Below, one piece after another: positions 11,387 through 24,300 of a stretch of DNA of 64,000 nt. A model generated the notes under the pieces. It ran no database searches, was not told where the DNA came from, and saw only the letters and a list, made by a program, of their open reading frames with translations. The stretch covers positions 288,001 through 352,000 of the forward strand of contig CAVVXH010000010.1 of NCBI GenBank assembly GCA_963752155.1, given 5' to 3'. Position numbers and translations under genes: made by a program. Every line of letters begins with the position of its first letter. The first letter of the stretch is position 1. This DNA is from an uncultured Parachlamydiaceae bacterium. Its GTDB lineage: Bacteria; Chlamydiota; Chlamydiia; Chlamydiales; Parachlamydiaceae.

Positions 11387-11552
11387 GCAAGGACAGCAAG
11401 CAAGGACAGCAAGGACGGCAAGGACAGCAAGGACGACAAGGACAGCAAGGACGACAAGGACAGCAACACCATAAAATGTTATTGGAGATACTCTCTAATT
11501 GTCCTTGTCTTGTCGTCCTTGCTGTCCTTGTCGTCCTTGCTGACGTCCTTGC
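11387..11552. repeat. Inverted pair of 9-nt tandem arrays (CAAGGACAG/CAAGGACGA units and their reverse complement)
   Basis: Left arm 11387-11466 and reverse-complement right arm 11499-11552 read directly. Confidence 0.9.
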
Positions 11553-11619
11553 AATAAACTAATGGTTATGCTATTATGGCCACATAAAACGACAAGCATA
11601 ACATAAAGGCTAAATATTA

Positions 11620-12324
11620 ATGCAAGTTCATCAACAACATTATCCAGAATGGATAAGGATAAATACCCGTTATAATCGTCAACCTGACTGGGAAAAACTT
11701 CCTGCAGAGATAATAAGACTCATTTTTAGTCATTTAAGTTCAAAAAATAGAGAAAATTATAATTTAAGAGAAATCTGCACATCTTGGAGAGATAACTTAA
11801 ATGTTATCGATGTGAGGAGTGTAAAGGAATTATTTAACTTCGGTGGTGAAAATGATTGCAATTCAAATATACTTGTAGAGACTTTCTTCTCTTATTGCAT
11901 AAGTTCTAGGGACGCCAGGAAAGCTTATCGAAATTTTCGTATTGTTGTTAATTTAATTGGTGGATGGGAAAAGTTCCGTAGTCTTCCGGAAATCCAAATT
12001 AATTTAAACAAAAATGATATTTTTGATACTCTGCAAAAAATGAAAATATCTGAATTGATTCAAAGCATAATTAGGGTTAAGATGCCAGATAATCGACCAG
12101 GAATTATATTTAAGCATTTTAATGCTGTTAGTAAAGATGTTCAAATTGGTGTATTGACCATATATTCAAATTCAAATATTTCCGATTGGTATTTAGCTTT
12201 TAATGATCAAAGGGGCATACCAATACCTCCTATGGATTTAGAAAAATTAAGTGATAAGGTTTGTGATGTCGAAAATCCTATACCAATTTTAAGAGATATT
12301 TTTGTTAAGGGTCACATTAAATAA
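11620..12324 (+). CDS. F-box domain protein (candidate host-directed effector)
   Basis: WEKLPAEIIRLIFSHL....NLREICTSWR matches the F-box consensus. Confidence 0.75.
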   Translation: MQVHQQHYPEWIRINTRYNRQPDWEKLPAEIIRLIFSHLSSKNRENYNLREICTSWRDNLNVIDVRSVKELFNFGGENDCNSNILVETFFSYCISSRDARKAYRNFRIVVNLIGGWEKFRSLPEIQINLNKNDIFDTLQKMKISELIQSIIRVKMPDNRPGIIFKHFNAVSKDVQIGVLTIYSNSNISDWYLAFNDQRGIPIPPMDLEKLSDKVCDVENPIPILRDIFVKGHIK

Positions 12325-14537
12325 TGTGACAAGTCAGTGTTTTTAACAAGCATGACTTTAGAGTCGGTTTTTGCTTGAATACTTGCAGATCGATGTCCTT
12401 TTTCAAATAAGGCCATTTGTCCAAAAGACATTCCAGGTTTAAGCGTATTTAAAAGATAGGTGATATTTGTAATTTTATCTGTGTGATAGGCTGCGACAGT
12501 TCCGGAAATAAGAATATATACATATTCTGCATTTTCATCTTCATGAAAAATAAATTCATTTTTTGCATATTCTTTGTATTCAGAAAGATGAATAATTTCG
12601 TATATATCAGCAGAGGATAGGTGATAAAAGTAAGGGCTCGATTTAAAAGCACTTTCTATTGAAATTTGTTCTTCTGACTTATTTTCTTTATCATTTAATT
12701 CATATCCAATAGAAATTATCAATGGATTTTGTGAGGGGAGAAAATAATTTAATAAAAATTTAATTTTTTCTTCAGAAAATTCAGCAATCTCCTTGTCGAT
12801 AGGACTTTTCCCTAGTGAGGCATTGTATAGATCTTCAATGACCAGATCTCGGGCTTTCAAAATATAATTTTTTACCATTAACATGGACAGTGGATTTGTA
12901 AAGGGAGAGACCGGATACGACTTTAAAGCAAAAATCCAATATTCACGATCATTTTCTCCATATTTAGGGGGCCTGGAACCCGATGAAATTGAAAGTAATG
13001 GGGGAGATTCCCAACCCTGAATTTTTAAATCTGAAGTCCTCAATTGAACTAATTTATTATCGATGAGCTTCTGAAGAATATTAAAAACATACAATGCTTC
13101 TTGATATTCTTCATTGTTAAATTCATGTATAAATTGAGCTTTGGCATCAACATGGCTTGGATAGACTCGAAAAAGTGTAGGATATCCATGATTGTTGTGA
13201 TTGATGCAGACTAGATTTTTGTTTTTTTCTAGGATCAATTGTAATGTTTTTTTTGAATATAGAATATTAGCTAATAAAACTTGGAATCCTTTTATTCCTA
13301 AGCTTTTAATGCTTGCCCAAGCGGCCATGGCTCCCGCCCCTGAACGAGATGTTTCTAAACTAAATAGAAAAGGGTTAAAATCTGTTTGAGTAGATATATA
13401 GGACGGTTTTTCTTTTCCTAAAAATGTTGTCAATTGATTTTTATCTTTAACTATAAATAGGCTGCTTATAGCTGGAGTAAAACCTGATTTATGAAAATCA
13501 AATCCTGCAGCATCGGCGACCTCTATAGGTTGGATTTTTTTTAAATTATGATAGATAAAGTCGAGGATGTCTGTAGGAATTCCCATAGGATTCGTTCCAA
13601 AATCATATTGAGAAAATGTCAACCAAATCCAACCAATCACTGAATCGGCATAAAGCCAAGGGGACGGGGCTCCGTTGCTATTTTCATATTGATCGAGCAA
13701 CTGACGCATTTCTAGAATGGGATCGAAGGCATTGAAATCTGTAGTTCCCATGGTGGCGATAACCAGAGCAATTGGACGATTTTCAGATTTGCATTTTTTA
13801 AGCACTTGTTCAAAATGTCTTAAGGAGAGTGAAGCTTGATCATCTATATCAATTTCTATCAATTGATTGGTTCCAAGGCCAATCCAATTGGCACAAGTTT
13901 TAATCGAATAGTGAGCTACTTTTGAGGCCAGTATAACGCTTCGTTGATCGATCCCCTCCGATCGACTCTTATTTCCGCAAATTCTTGTTAAAGCCAGTTT
14001 CATTGCATAGAGGCAACATCCAGTGCCTCCGAAAGTAAAGACTCCTCCAGCCGCTGCTGGGTTCCATTTCATGAGTGAGGCAAGCATCGCAATTGTTTCG
14101 AGCTCTGCGCGCGCTGTGTTTGTGGCGTATTCTCCGGCAGCATAATTGGGTGAGACGATGTTGGTGAGAAGTCCAGCGATAAGTGAGGCTGAAGTCACCG
14201 AAGGGTTGACGTTATTCATTGCGCAGGGATGGGTCCAAATAGGCATTCCTTGCAGCAGTGTAAGGAGTTGATCTACAACTTCAGTAAGAGTTTGTCCTTC
14301 TTCAGGGAATTTAACTTCGTTGCAATTTGAATAGTCTATTTTTCGTTCAGGTCCTAAAAAAAATCTCCAATATTCGGAATTTTCAAAAACACTTTTTGGT
14401 CTTAATTGATTAAAATGGTGTAATGCATCGTAGACTTCTTTTTCAAATCGTTCATTTTCTTTTTCTTTATTCCAAGGAAAGGGGAATTTATTTTTTAATT
14501 TATTCCAATAATTTATGAAGTTTTTTTGCGGATTCAT
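12312..14537 (-). CDS. Group II PLP-dependent decarboxylase with C-terminal cyclic-nucleotide-binding domain
   Basis: GVFTFGGT, HYS, GTT, DFHKSG (PLP Lys), then cNMP motif IFHEDE..EYVYILISG.V...FGQMALF...RSASIQA. Start set at ATG 14537 behind an AGGA RBS. Confidence 0.85.
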   Translation of the reverse strand: MNPQKNFINYWNKLKNKFPFPWNKEKENERFEKEVYDALHHFNQLRPKSVFENSEYWRFFLGPERKIDYSNCNEVKFPEEGQTLTEVVDQLLTLLQGMPIWTHPCAMNNVNPSVTSASLIAGLLTNIVSPNYAAGEYATNTARAELETIAMLASLMKWNPAAAGGVFTFGGTGCCLYAMKLALTRICGNKSRSEGIDQRSVILASKVAHYSIKTCANWIGLGTNQLIEIDIDDQASLSLRHFEQVLKKCKSENRPIALVIATMGTTDFNAFDPILEMRQLLDQYENSNGAPSPWLYADSVIGWIWLTFSQYDFGTNPMGIPTDILDFIYHNLKKIQPIEVADAAGFDFHKSGFTPAISSLFIVKDKNQLTTFLGKEKPSYISTQTDFNPFLFSLETSRSGAGAMAAWASIKSLGIKGFQVLLANILYSKKTLQLILEKNKNLVCINHNNHGYPTLFRVYPSHVDAKAQFIHEFNNEEYQEALYVFNILQKLIDNKLVQLRTSDLKIQGWESPPLLSISSGSRPPKYGENDREYWIFALKSYPVSPFTNPLSMLMVKNYILKARDLVIEDLYNASLGKSPIDKEIAEFSEEKIKFLLNYFLPSQNPLIISIGYELNDKENKSEEQISIESAFKSSPYFYHLSSADIYEIIHLSEYKEYAKNEFIFHEDENAEYVYILISGTVAAYHTDKITNITYLLNTLKPGMSFGQMALFEKGHRSASIQAKTDSKVMLVKNTDLSHYLM

Positions 14538-14551
14538 TGTTTTCCTGGTAT

Positions 14552-14711
14552 CAGACCACATGACCCCTATACGTAGGCGGAGGATTTCAAATGAGACCAA
14601 GATGCAGTGATTAGCGACGAGGTATTAGCCTAAGCTATTGCCGAGGAGCTAAGCGCTGCAGATTGGTCTCATTTGAAATCCTTACGCCACGTATAGGGGT
14701 CATGTGGTCTG
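14552..14711. mobile_element. 160-bp long-hairpin element (MITE-like)
   Basis: Arms CAGACCACATGACCCCTATACGT...GGATTTCAAATGAGACCAA and TTGGTCTCATTTGAAATCC...ACGTATAGGGGTCATGTGGTCTG. Confidence 0.7.
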
Positions 14712-14845
14712 GGTATATAACTTTTCTTCATAGCTAATTTGAATTTTTATGTAAATAAAAGTTGTCTTTGTCGTCTCCTAAATAACAAATTTTTAAAGAT
14801 TTACCCAACTGAAAGAAGTGTTGTTTTTGTAGCCTTGTTCACTTC

Positions 14846-14938
14846 TTCGCTCAATTATTCCTCCTCTGTGTTCTCTGTGATCTCTGTGGTAGATTTTTTT
14901 TTACCACAGAGATCACAGAGGAGGAATAATTGAGCGAA
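14846..14938. repeat. Hairpin element with 9-nt tandem units (CTCTGTGAT/ATCACAGAG)
   Basis: TTCGCTCAATTATTCCTCCTCTGTG...GTGGTA pairs with TACCACAGAGATCACAGAGGAGGAATAATTGAGCGAA. Confidence 0.85.
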
Positions 14939-14999
14939 AGTTTCTCGTGTACAGGTGAACATAGCCGTTTTTGTAACCTCATTTCAGGCAAATGGATGA

Positions 15000-17018
<2,019 letters not shown>

Positions 17019-17057
17019 TTATTTTTAGATGAAGTATGTCGGGAAAATGTTATGATG

Positions 17058-18212
17058 TCAATAAGTGACTTTAGTAGCAATTGGTGCATGATCACTAACA
17101 TTGGTTTTAATGTTGTTTAATGTAATATTTGGTACATCAATGTTAGTGATTTCTGTAGAAATACTTTTCTTGCTTTTGACACCAATCCAATCGATTCGAG
17201 TGTCTAAGATCTGATAGGGACTTGTACAGGTTGCATATAGGTGATTTCTATAGTCGATGCGGTAGCCGGCATTTTTCAGTAGACTTAATCGTGGATGTAA
17301 TGCCGTGACATTACCATCCATCCCTATGATCATGATATCGGCGTCAAGGGCCTCAGCTTGTTCAATCAGAGTTTGTAATTCCTCATCCCCCTTAGCAGAA
17401 TCCATCTTTCCGTTAGGCATAACTTCTTGCCGATAGGGATTTGAGCCACTAAGATGGCAAGAAGAAACGGCAATTGTTTTTTGAGTCTCTTGGTCTAATA
17501 AAAGCACACAATATCCTCGTCCAGCAATTTCTCCTAAAGATTGAATGAGTTGAAAACGTTTTTTATTCCATGCAATCCCATTAATAGAATGGCTTGTTTT
17601 GCTAAATTCGCTTTGATATTCTTCAGGAAAGTCGACGTCTTTTAAATAATCTGCCTCTTGAAAACAGATAATATCCATTTTTAATTCATTACGTAACATA
17701 TTCTCGGCCATGATTTGGCGGACTTTTGTTATACGTGTGAGGATTGTACCTTGAGTGTGTCCAAGAATTTCCAGGAGATGTTTCATGACTGTTTGGAAGA
17801 CTTTTGGATCGTAAATGATGACCGGTCTGACATTATGAGGGGAGATCATTGATTCAACTTTTTGATACCAAATCGCATTTGGACTGCCGGTTTTTTCTGG
17901 AGAGGCTGTAATCTCTTCCATGATCTGTTGATAATTTTTCTGTTCCCATTCTTCCTTTGCTAAATTTACTTCTTGAAGATCTTCAGAAAATAAAATTTTT
18001 AATGCCAGCTTCTGAATTTTTTGATTTAATTCTATAGTTTCCGCATCGTTCTCATACCGTTCATTCATCAATTCAGCCATTGTAGCAGCGCGTTGATAGT
18101 CATAGTGGCTTGTAAGGCCTCCTCCGTTGAATGAAGCAACAGTAAATTCTGTAGCGTTGAGTATCGGGAATACAAAAGCGCACAAAAAAACTATAAATTT
18201 ATATAAGTTCAT
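17058..18212 (-). CDS. Secreted endonuclease/exonuclease/phosphatase (EEP) family protein
   Basis: Signal peptide; VASFN, DIICFQE, HL, GMDGN, RIDWI, SDHAPI motifs. Confidence 0.8.
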   Translation of the reverse strand: MNLYKFIVFLCAFVFPILNATEFTVASFNGGGLTSHYDYQRAATMAELMNERYENDAETIELNQKIQKLALKILFSEDLQEVNLAKEEWEQKNYQQIMEEITASPEKTGSPNAIWYQKVESMISPHNVRPVIIYDPKVFQTVMKHLLEILGHTQGTILTRITKVRQIMAENMLRNELKMDIICFQEADYLKDVDFPEEYQSEFSKTSHSINGIAWNKKRFQLIQSLGEIAGRGYCVLLLDQETQKTIAVSSCHLSGSNPYRQEVMPNGKMDSAKGDEELQTLIEQAEALDADIMIIGMDGNVTALHPRLSLLKNAGYRIDYRNHLYATCTSPYQILDTRIDWIGVKSKKSISTEITNIDVPNITLNNIKTNVSDHAPIATKVTY

Positions 18213-18325
18213 GCTAGACCTCACGTACCTTCTGTTAATTATTATTAAAAAATATCCTTAACCATTGTAAGCTTAGGGGTATTAAATGTCAATTTTAACA
18301 GATCACATTTTAACGGACAACGAAC

Positions 18326-21223
18326 ATGATAAAATCAAACAGATCCAACATCAGGTCGATACCTGGCTTGGAATCTTTTCAAAAGGATCTTTGCGAAGTT
18401 TTTGATGGTGAAGTCTATTTTGATTCTATCACGAAATGTGCTTATAGCGTCGATGCATCCATTTACGAAATTATGCCCTTAGGAGTTGTCATTCCAAAGG
18501 ATAGAAATGAATTATTGATACTCTTAAAAGTTGCCAATCGTCATTCTATCCCTGTCACTGCACGTGGGGCCGGTACAGGTATTGCAGGCGGATGCATTGG
18601 CCCCAATTTGATTATCGATTTGTCTAAATATCTAAATGCCATCATAGAAATTAACTATGAAAAAGAATATATCATTTGTGAACCAGGAGTGGTCCAAGAT
18701 CAGCTGAATGCACTCCTTTCACCCCAAGGATACCGCTTAGGACCAGATACTTCGACGGGAAATCGAGCTACCATTGGAGGTATGCTTGCAAATAATGCTG
18801 CCGGAGCACGTTCTTTGTTTTATGGCAAGATGGTCGATCATGTTGAAGAGGTTGTTCTTGCATTAAGCAATGGAGAGCTCATACGATTAAGAGAAGTCTC
18901 TGACGAACAATTACAGGAAAAAATCCATTTAAACGGAGCTGAAGGAAGAATCTATAAAGCAATAGATCAAATTCGAAACGAGTATGCCGAAGATATTCAA
19001 AATCATTTTCCAAAAATTCCCCGAAGAGTTTCAGGGTATAATCTCGATGAACTTAGTCAATATCCTTTAAATCTGTCTAAGTTGATCGCAGGTTCAGAAG
19101 GAACTCTTGGTATTGTTATAGAAGTCAAATTGAAGATATGCAAAAAGCCCAAAGTAACGGGTCTGTGCATCATTCATAGTACAGATATGCTGGAGCTGAT
19201 GCGTCATATTCCTGCAATGTTGATCCATAAACCCCTTTCTTTAGAGATGATTGACGACAACATTTTAGCTGCAGGAAGGATACACCCTTCTACTCGAGGA
19301 AAATTAGAATGGCTTTTGGGAGAACCTGCAGCTGTGTTTGTTGCCGAATTTGAAGGGGACACCCTCGAGGTTGTTCAAGAAAAGCTATTCAATTTTGTAG
19401 AAGAAATGGGAAAGCTTAAAGTGGGATATGCGACTATTCAAGTGACGAATTTCGAAGAAATGGAAGCTGTTTGGGCAGTACGCAAGGCAGGGCTAGGTCT
19501 GCTTTTATCAAAACGTACCTACAGTCGAGCAATAGCTTTTATCGAAGATCTCTCTGTAGGTCCAAATGAACTTGCAGCCTTTATGGAATCCTTTCTGATT
19601 TGTCTTAAGGGCTTTGGAAAAGAAGCTGGTATTTATGGCCATGTCGGAGCAGGGTGCATCCATATTCGTCCCTACGTGGATTTGAGAGATCCTAACGAAC
19701 AAGAAACCATGGAAAAATTGATGCTTGCGGTTGCGGAATTGCTTTTAGCGCATGGAGGATCTTTGAGTGGTGAGCATGGTGATGGGTATGTCCGATCATG
19801 GCTCAATAAAAAGATGTTTGGCGATAGGCTCTACCGGGCTTTTTGCGAATTAAAAGAAGCCTTTGACCCCGATCATTTGATGAATCCGGGCAAAATTGTG
19901 AATGCTCCTCCACTTCTACATGATTTACGTAGTTTTACAAAGGCAAATTTAAAGAAAATAGATAGTTTTTTAGATTTTAGCCCAGAAGGGGGATTCGAGC
20001 TAGCAGCAGACCTTTGTAATGGGAATGGGATGTGTCGTAAGGGTGAAGGTGTGATGTGCCCATCCTTTCAAGTGACACGGGATGAATATGATACGACCCG
20101 TGCAAGAGCTCAAGCTTTACGTGCTATTATTCACGGGACTTTACCAAGAGAAGCTTTTTCTGGACAAGAGCTCTATGATGTTCTCGATTTATGTTTACAG
20201 TGCAAAGGATGTAAAAGCGAATGTCCTTCACAAGTCGATATGGCAAAAATGAAATCGGAATTTTTATACCATTATCAAGCGGAGCGAGGATACTCTTTAC
20301 GTACGCGCCTTTTTGGAGAAATAGGGAGGATCAATAGATGGGTTTCTCCATTTGCGCGGATTTTTAATGCCCTTAATGGAGGTGTCATTGCTAAAAAGCT
20401 ATTAAGCTGGTTGTGTATTTCTTCAGAAAGAAAGCTTCCTCAAATAGCTCCGGAAAGGTTTTCGAGTTGGTGTGAGAGACAACCTTTTTCGGAGCAAAAA
20501 GCTCGTGTTGTGCTTTTCAATGATACCTACACAGAATTTAATCACCCTGAAATTGGGAAGGCAGCCTATTCTGTTTTGCGGTCTTTGGGATACGATGTCA
20601 TTGTCCCTCCATGGAACTGTTGTGGAAGAACATTATATTCTAAAGGAATGCTTCCTCAAGCCAAAAAGAAGGCCGAGACACTGTTGTCCATTCTTTTTCC
20701 CTATGTTAGAGAGGGGATTCCTATCATTGGGTTAGAGCCCAGTTGTTTGTTTATGCTCAAGGATGATTTCCAAGGGTTAGTGAGTCATGACGAACGTTTA
20801 AAGGAGCTCCAATCTCGATGCTTTACATTTGATGACTTTCTTCACGGCCATCTTATAGATGGAAAGCTTCCGTTATCGTTTAATGCAGTGAACGTTGATT
20901 ACTTAGTGCACGGACATTGTCATCAAAAATCCTCTGGAAGGATGACTTCATCAATAGAATTGTTGAATAGTATGCCTGGATCACATGCAAGTTTGATTGA
21001 CTCTGGATGTTGTGGGATGGCTGGATCCTTTGGTTATGAAGCAGAGCATTATGCGATTTCGATGCAGATTGGTGCCTTAAAATTATTTCCGGCTATTTTG
21101 CAAGCCTCAAAAAAGGTTGTGGTGGTAGCTAATGGAGTTTCTTGCCGTCAGCAAATTGTGGATGGCACAGGACGCAAGGCATTCCATATTGCTGAAGTGA
21201 TCGCTCAAGACTTGTTCCATTGA
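18326..21223 (+). CDS. FAD-linked oxidase/4Fe-4S/CCG-domain oxidoreductase (GlcD-GlcF fusion, YdiJ-like)
   Basis: RGAGTG, GSEGTL, SGEHGDG, CLQCKGCKSECP, two CCG motifs. Confidence 0.88.
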   Translation: MIKSNRSNIRSIPGLESFQKDLCEVFDGEVYFDSITKCAYSVDASIYEIMPLGVVIPKDRNELLILLKVANRHSIPVTARGAGTGIAGGCIGPNLIIDLSKYLNAIIEINYEKEYIICEPGVVQDQLNALLSPQGYRLGPDTSTGNRATIGGMLANNAAGARSLFYGKMVDHVEEVVLALSNGELIRLREVSDEQLQEKIHLNGAEGRIYKAIDQIRNEYAEDIQNHFPKIPRRVSGYNLDELSQYPLNLSKLIAGSEGTLGIVIEVKLKICKKPKVTGLCIIHSTDMLELMRHIPAMLIHKPLSLEMIDDNILAAGRIHPSTRGKLEWLLGEPAAVFVAEFEGDTLEVVQEKLFNFVEEMGKLKVGYATIQVTNFEEMEAVWAVRKAGLGLLLSKRTYSRAIAFIEDLSVGPNELAAFMESFLICLKGFGKEAGIYGHVGAGCIHIRPYVDLRDPNEQETMEKLMLAVAELLLAHGGSLSGEHGDGYVRSWLNKKMFGDRLYRAFCELKEAFDPDHLMNPGKIVNAPPLLHDLRSFTKANLKKIDSFLDFSPEGGFELAADLCNGNGMCRKGEGVMCPSFQVTRDEYDTTRARAQALRAIIHGTLPREAFSGQELYDVLDLCLQCKGCKSECPSQVDMAKMKSEFLYHYQAERGYSLRTRLFGEIGRINRWVSPFARIFNALNGGVIAKKLLSWLCISSERKLPQIAPERFSSWCERQPFSEQKARVVLFNDTYTEFNHPEIGKAAYSVLRSLGYDVIVPPWNCCGRTLYSKGMLPQAKKKAETLLSILFPYVREGIPIIGLEPSCLFMLKDDFQGLVSHDERLKELQSRCFTFDDFLHGHLIDGKLPLSFNAVNVDYLVHGHCHQKSSGRMTSSIELLNSMPGSHASLIDSGCCGMAGSFGYEAEHYAISMQIGALKLFPAILQASKKVVVVANGVSCRQQIVDGTGRKAFHIAEVIAQDLFH

Positions 21224-21274
21224 TAAATATTTGGGGAAGATGAAGGGCTGATGGGTGTAAACCAGAAATTTCAA

Positions 21275-21304
21275 TTGACAGCAAACCATTTCTTGACCTA
21301 TCTT
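21275..21304 (+). promoter_or_regulatory. Possible sigma70-type promoter of the RHS gene
   Basis: TTGACA-18 nt-TATCTT about 40 nt upstream of the ATG. Confidence 0.4.
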
Positions 21305-21345
21305 CGTGATTTCTTAATAACACCTTCGCAAAAAGACAAAATTAT

Positions 21346-24300
21346 ATGATTATTTTTTCTCGTTGGCTTTTGACAATTTTTATTTTATGCCTCTATTTAC
21401 CAACTCTTTCAGCTGGTCAGTTACAATTTGTAGCTACTGAATCTGACCCTGATGCTTTCATTCAAAATAGCGTTAATGTCATTAACGGCGATTATTGTGA
21501 ATCCGATACAGATTTAGTAATTACAGGTCCTGACGCTTTGGTTTTACAGCGCTTTTATAGTACAAAAGATGTGATTACTGGAGCTCAAACAGGTGGATGG
21601 AGAATATTTCCTCAAAGATTTCTTATCATAGGAAAGGATCTTTCTGGAAAAACATGCAGCGTGCGTGAAGATCGTTTTGAATGGACCGTTGCTTTTACAG
21701 GAGAACGCTCGGGTGGAATTTTTCCTTACAGCGGATGGAGAAATACGAATGGTTCAACTAAAGATCCACTCAAGATTGATGTCTTAAACAATGCTGTGGG
21801 CCTAGTTAATACTTACGCTCAAGAAATCAATGGACAGACTAATCATCAAAATAACTTCCTTCATTGCAAAGGCAATGCATGCGAATTGATCTTGGGAGAC
21901 GGCACTAAACGAATTTATCAAAAAGTGAAACAGTCGCCCATGCTTATTCTCGGAGAGGAGCTAACACCTTTAATTGCTAACCAAATGATAGAGCCTGAAT
22001 CCTTTCTTTTAAGCCAAGAAATTCTTCCAAGTGGCAACCAACTCTTTTATTCCTATGATACTGCTGGTCATCTTACTAGAATCGAAATGAAAAATAAAAG
22101 CTCAACAAAAATCTTTTCATGGATCCATTTTAGTTACGAGTTTCAGAAAAACAGTTGTCAAGTACACATCGAAGCAAGCGATGCTCGTGAGCTGAATTAT
22201 CGTTTTGTTTTGGTAAATGATTTTTATAAGCTCATTCAGATCGAAGGCTCACATTGCCTTCCTACTACCTATGAGTATAATGAGGTTTTGGTTAAAAAAA
22301 CTTTGCCTGAGGGGCGTTTTATCGAAATTGATTATCAGGATGGCAAAGTCAAATTTTTAAAAGGACCAAATGCACAGACAGGTAAATCAGAAATTGTTCA
22401 TTCTTTTGCTTACGAAATTGGCTACACTGACGTCTTCAACGCATTAGGTATTAAGACAAGATATATCTATGACAAGCGTTCTCAGCTAATATCCCTTGAA
22501 AGATATGACAATCAAAATAAGATCTATCGCATCGAACGGAAATTTTGGGGGAATACAAGATTAAATGTTGGATTTTTATTAGCAAAAACAATTGTAGATG
22601 GTAATGGGCGTGTTCAATCCTATCGTTCTTTTCAATATGATAAGCTAGGTAATGTTATTGAAGAGAGGATTTATGGTAATCTAACTGGAAAACAAGAAGT
22701 TTCCTTACAAATCTCTCCAGAAGGGAATCTTTTAAATTCCGATGAAGAAGAATGTAACATTAAAAATTATGGTTTTTCAACAGATGGGTTAAATTTGCTG
22801 ACGAAAATGGGAGATTGCAAAGGAAATCAAACACTGTATTACTATAAATCGGGGACCAACCTCCTTATTAAAAAGCTAATTTTTGAGAAAGGGAGTATTA
22901 AAAAAAGAACCTTCCAGTCCCATAATGAGGATGGAGTCTGTATTAAAATTATTGAAGATGATGGATCAAAAGAAGAGGAATCTTTATTCTATGACGGGCT
23001 TATTAAGGAAAGGCATATTAAAGAAATCAAACCCAAAGAAAATCTCCCAGGAGTAGGTCTGCCAGAAATTATTGAAGAAAAGGCTTTCGATTTTATTAGG
23101 AAACAAGAAGTTCTGATTAATAAATTGGTCAATGTATACGATAATCAATCTAATCTTTTATCTTGCAGCACTTATGATGCTGATGGTCAATATGCGTTTA
23201 CAGAAAAAAAAACATATAACTCTATTGGACAAGTAATCTCACAAGTTGATGCTGTTGGTAGAGAGAGTAATTTCAGCTACGATGAAATTGGCAATCGAAT
23301 TTTTGCTTCAATTTCTCAAGATGGAAGATGTAATACTACTACTTTCAATTTTCACAATCAACCTATTGAAATCATTGAGGTAAATGCTGAGGGCCAATTT
23401 ACAATTAGTAATGATTATGATTCTTTTGGAAGAAAAATCTCTTCAACAGATCGCTATGGAAATTCTACGGGTTATGAATACGATGAGTTCAATAGATTGA
23501 TAAAAGTTATTCACTCGGAAGTGTTAGATGAAAATAATCAAATTGTTCATCCTACTTTTAGCTATACTTATGATATCTTTGGAAATGTTTTGACAACAGA
23601 AGATCCCAAAGGGGATATTATTACAAAATCCTATAATTTACGAGGAAATCCTACTAGAATAAATTATCCAGATGGATCTTTTGAACTATTTAAATATGAC
23701 ACGGAAGGCAGTTTACACCGTTCCATAACTCGCGAGCAAATCATTACTGTTTATGAATATGATTATTTAGGAAGATCTATTTATGAAGAACTCTCTACTG
23801 TGGATGAAAAGAACGTTTCCTCCTATTTAGCGAAAAGATCACGTTATTATAATGGCTTCCGATGCACTTATGAAAAAGAAGATGAGCATGTCAAGCTCTA
23901 TACTTTTGATCTGGCCGGAAGATTGGCTTCTCTTGCTGAATATACAAATGGGCCATATGATCCAGAATCTCGACGAACAGAAATCTTTTATGATCGTTTT
24001 GGCCGTTTACACCAAAAAAAAGTTTTCTTTGATAGCGGATCGCAGGAATATGCTCTAGAATGTTTTGAATACGACTTAGCTGGAAATGTGATCGAAAAAC
24101 GAATTGAAGATGCTCAAGGGATTGTTTTATTAAAAAAATGTTTTTCTTATAATTCTCAGAATCTTTGTATGGAAGAGTATAGTCTTCAAAATGGCGTTAA
24201 AACCTCATTGCTTAAAACTTTTTATAATTCTGAGGGGGAACCTATTGGTTATTTGGATGGTTCTGAACAAGAAACAAAGATTATCATCGATAATTCTTTT

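Noticed and set aside
11380..11562. 60-aa QQGRQG-repeat ORF
   Set aside because: It is the translation of the 9-nt inverted arrays; no independent coding evidence.
14538..14600. N-terminal extension of the decarboxylase ORF
   Set aside because: Lies inside the hairpin element; ATG 14537 has an RBS.
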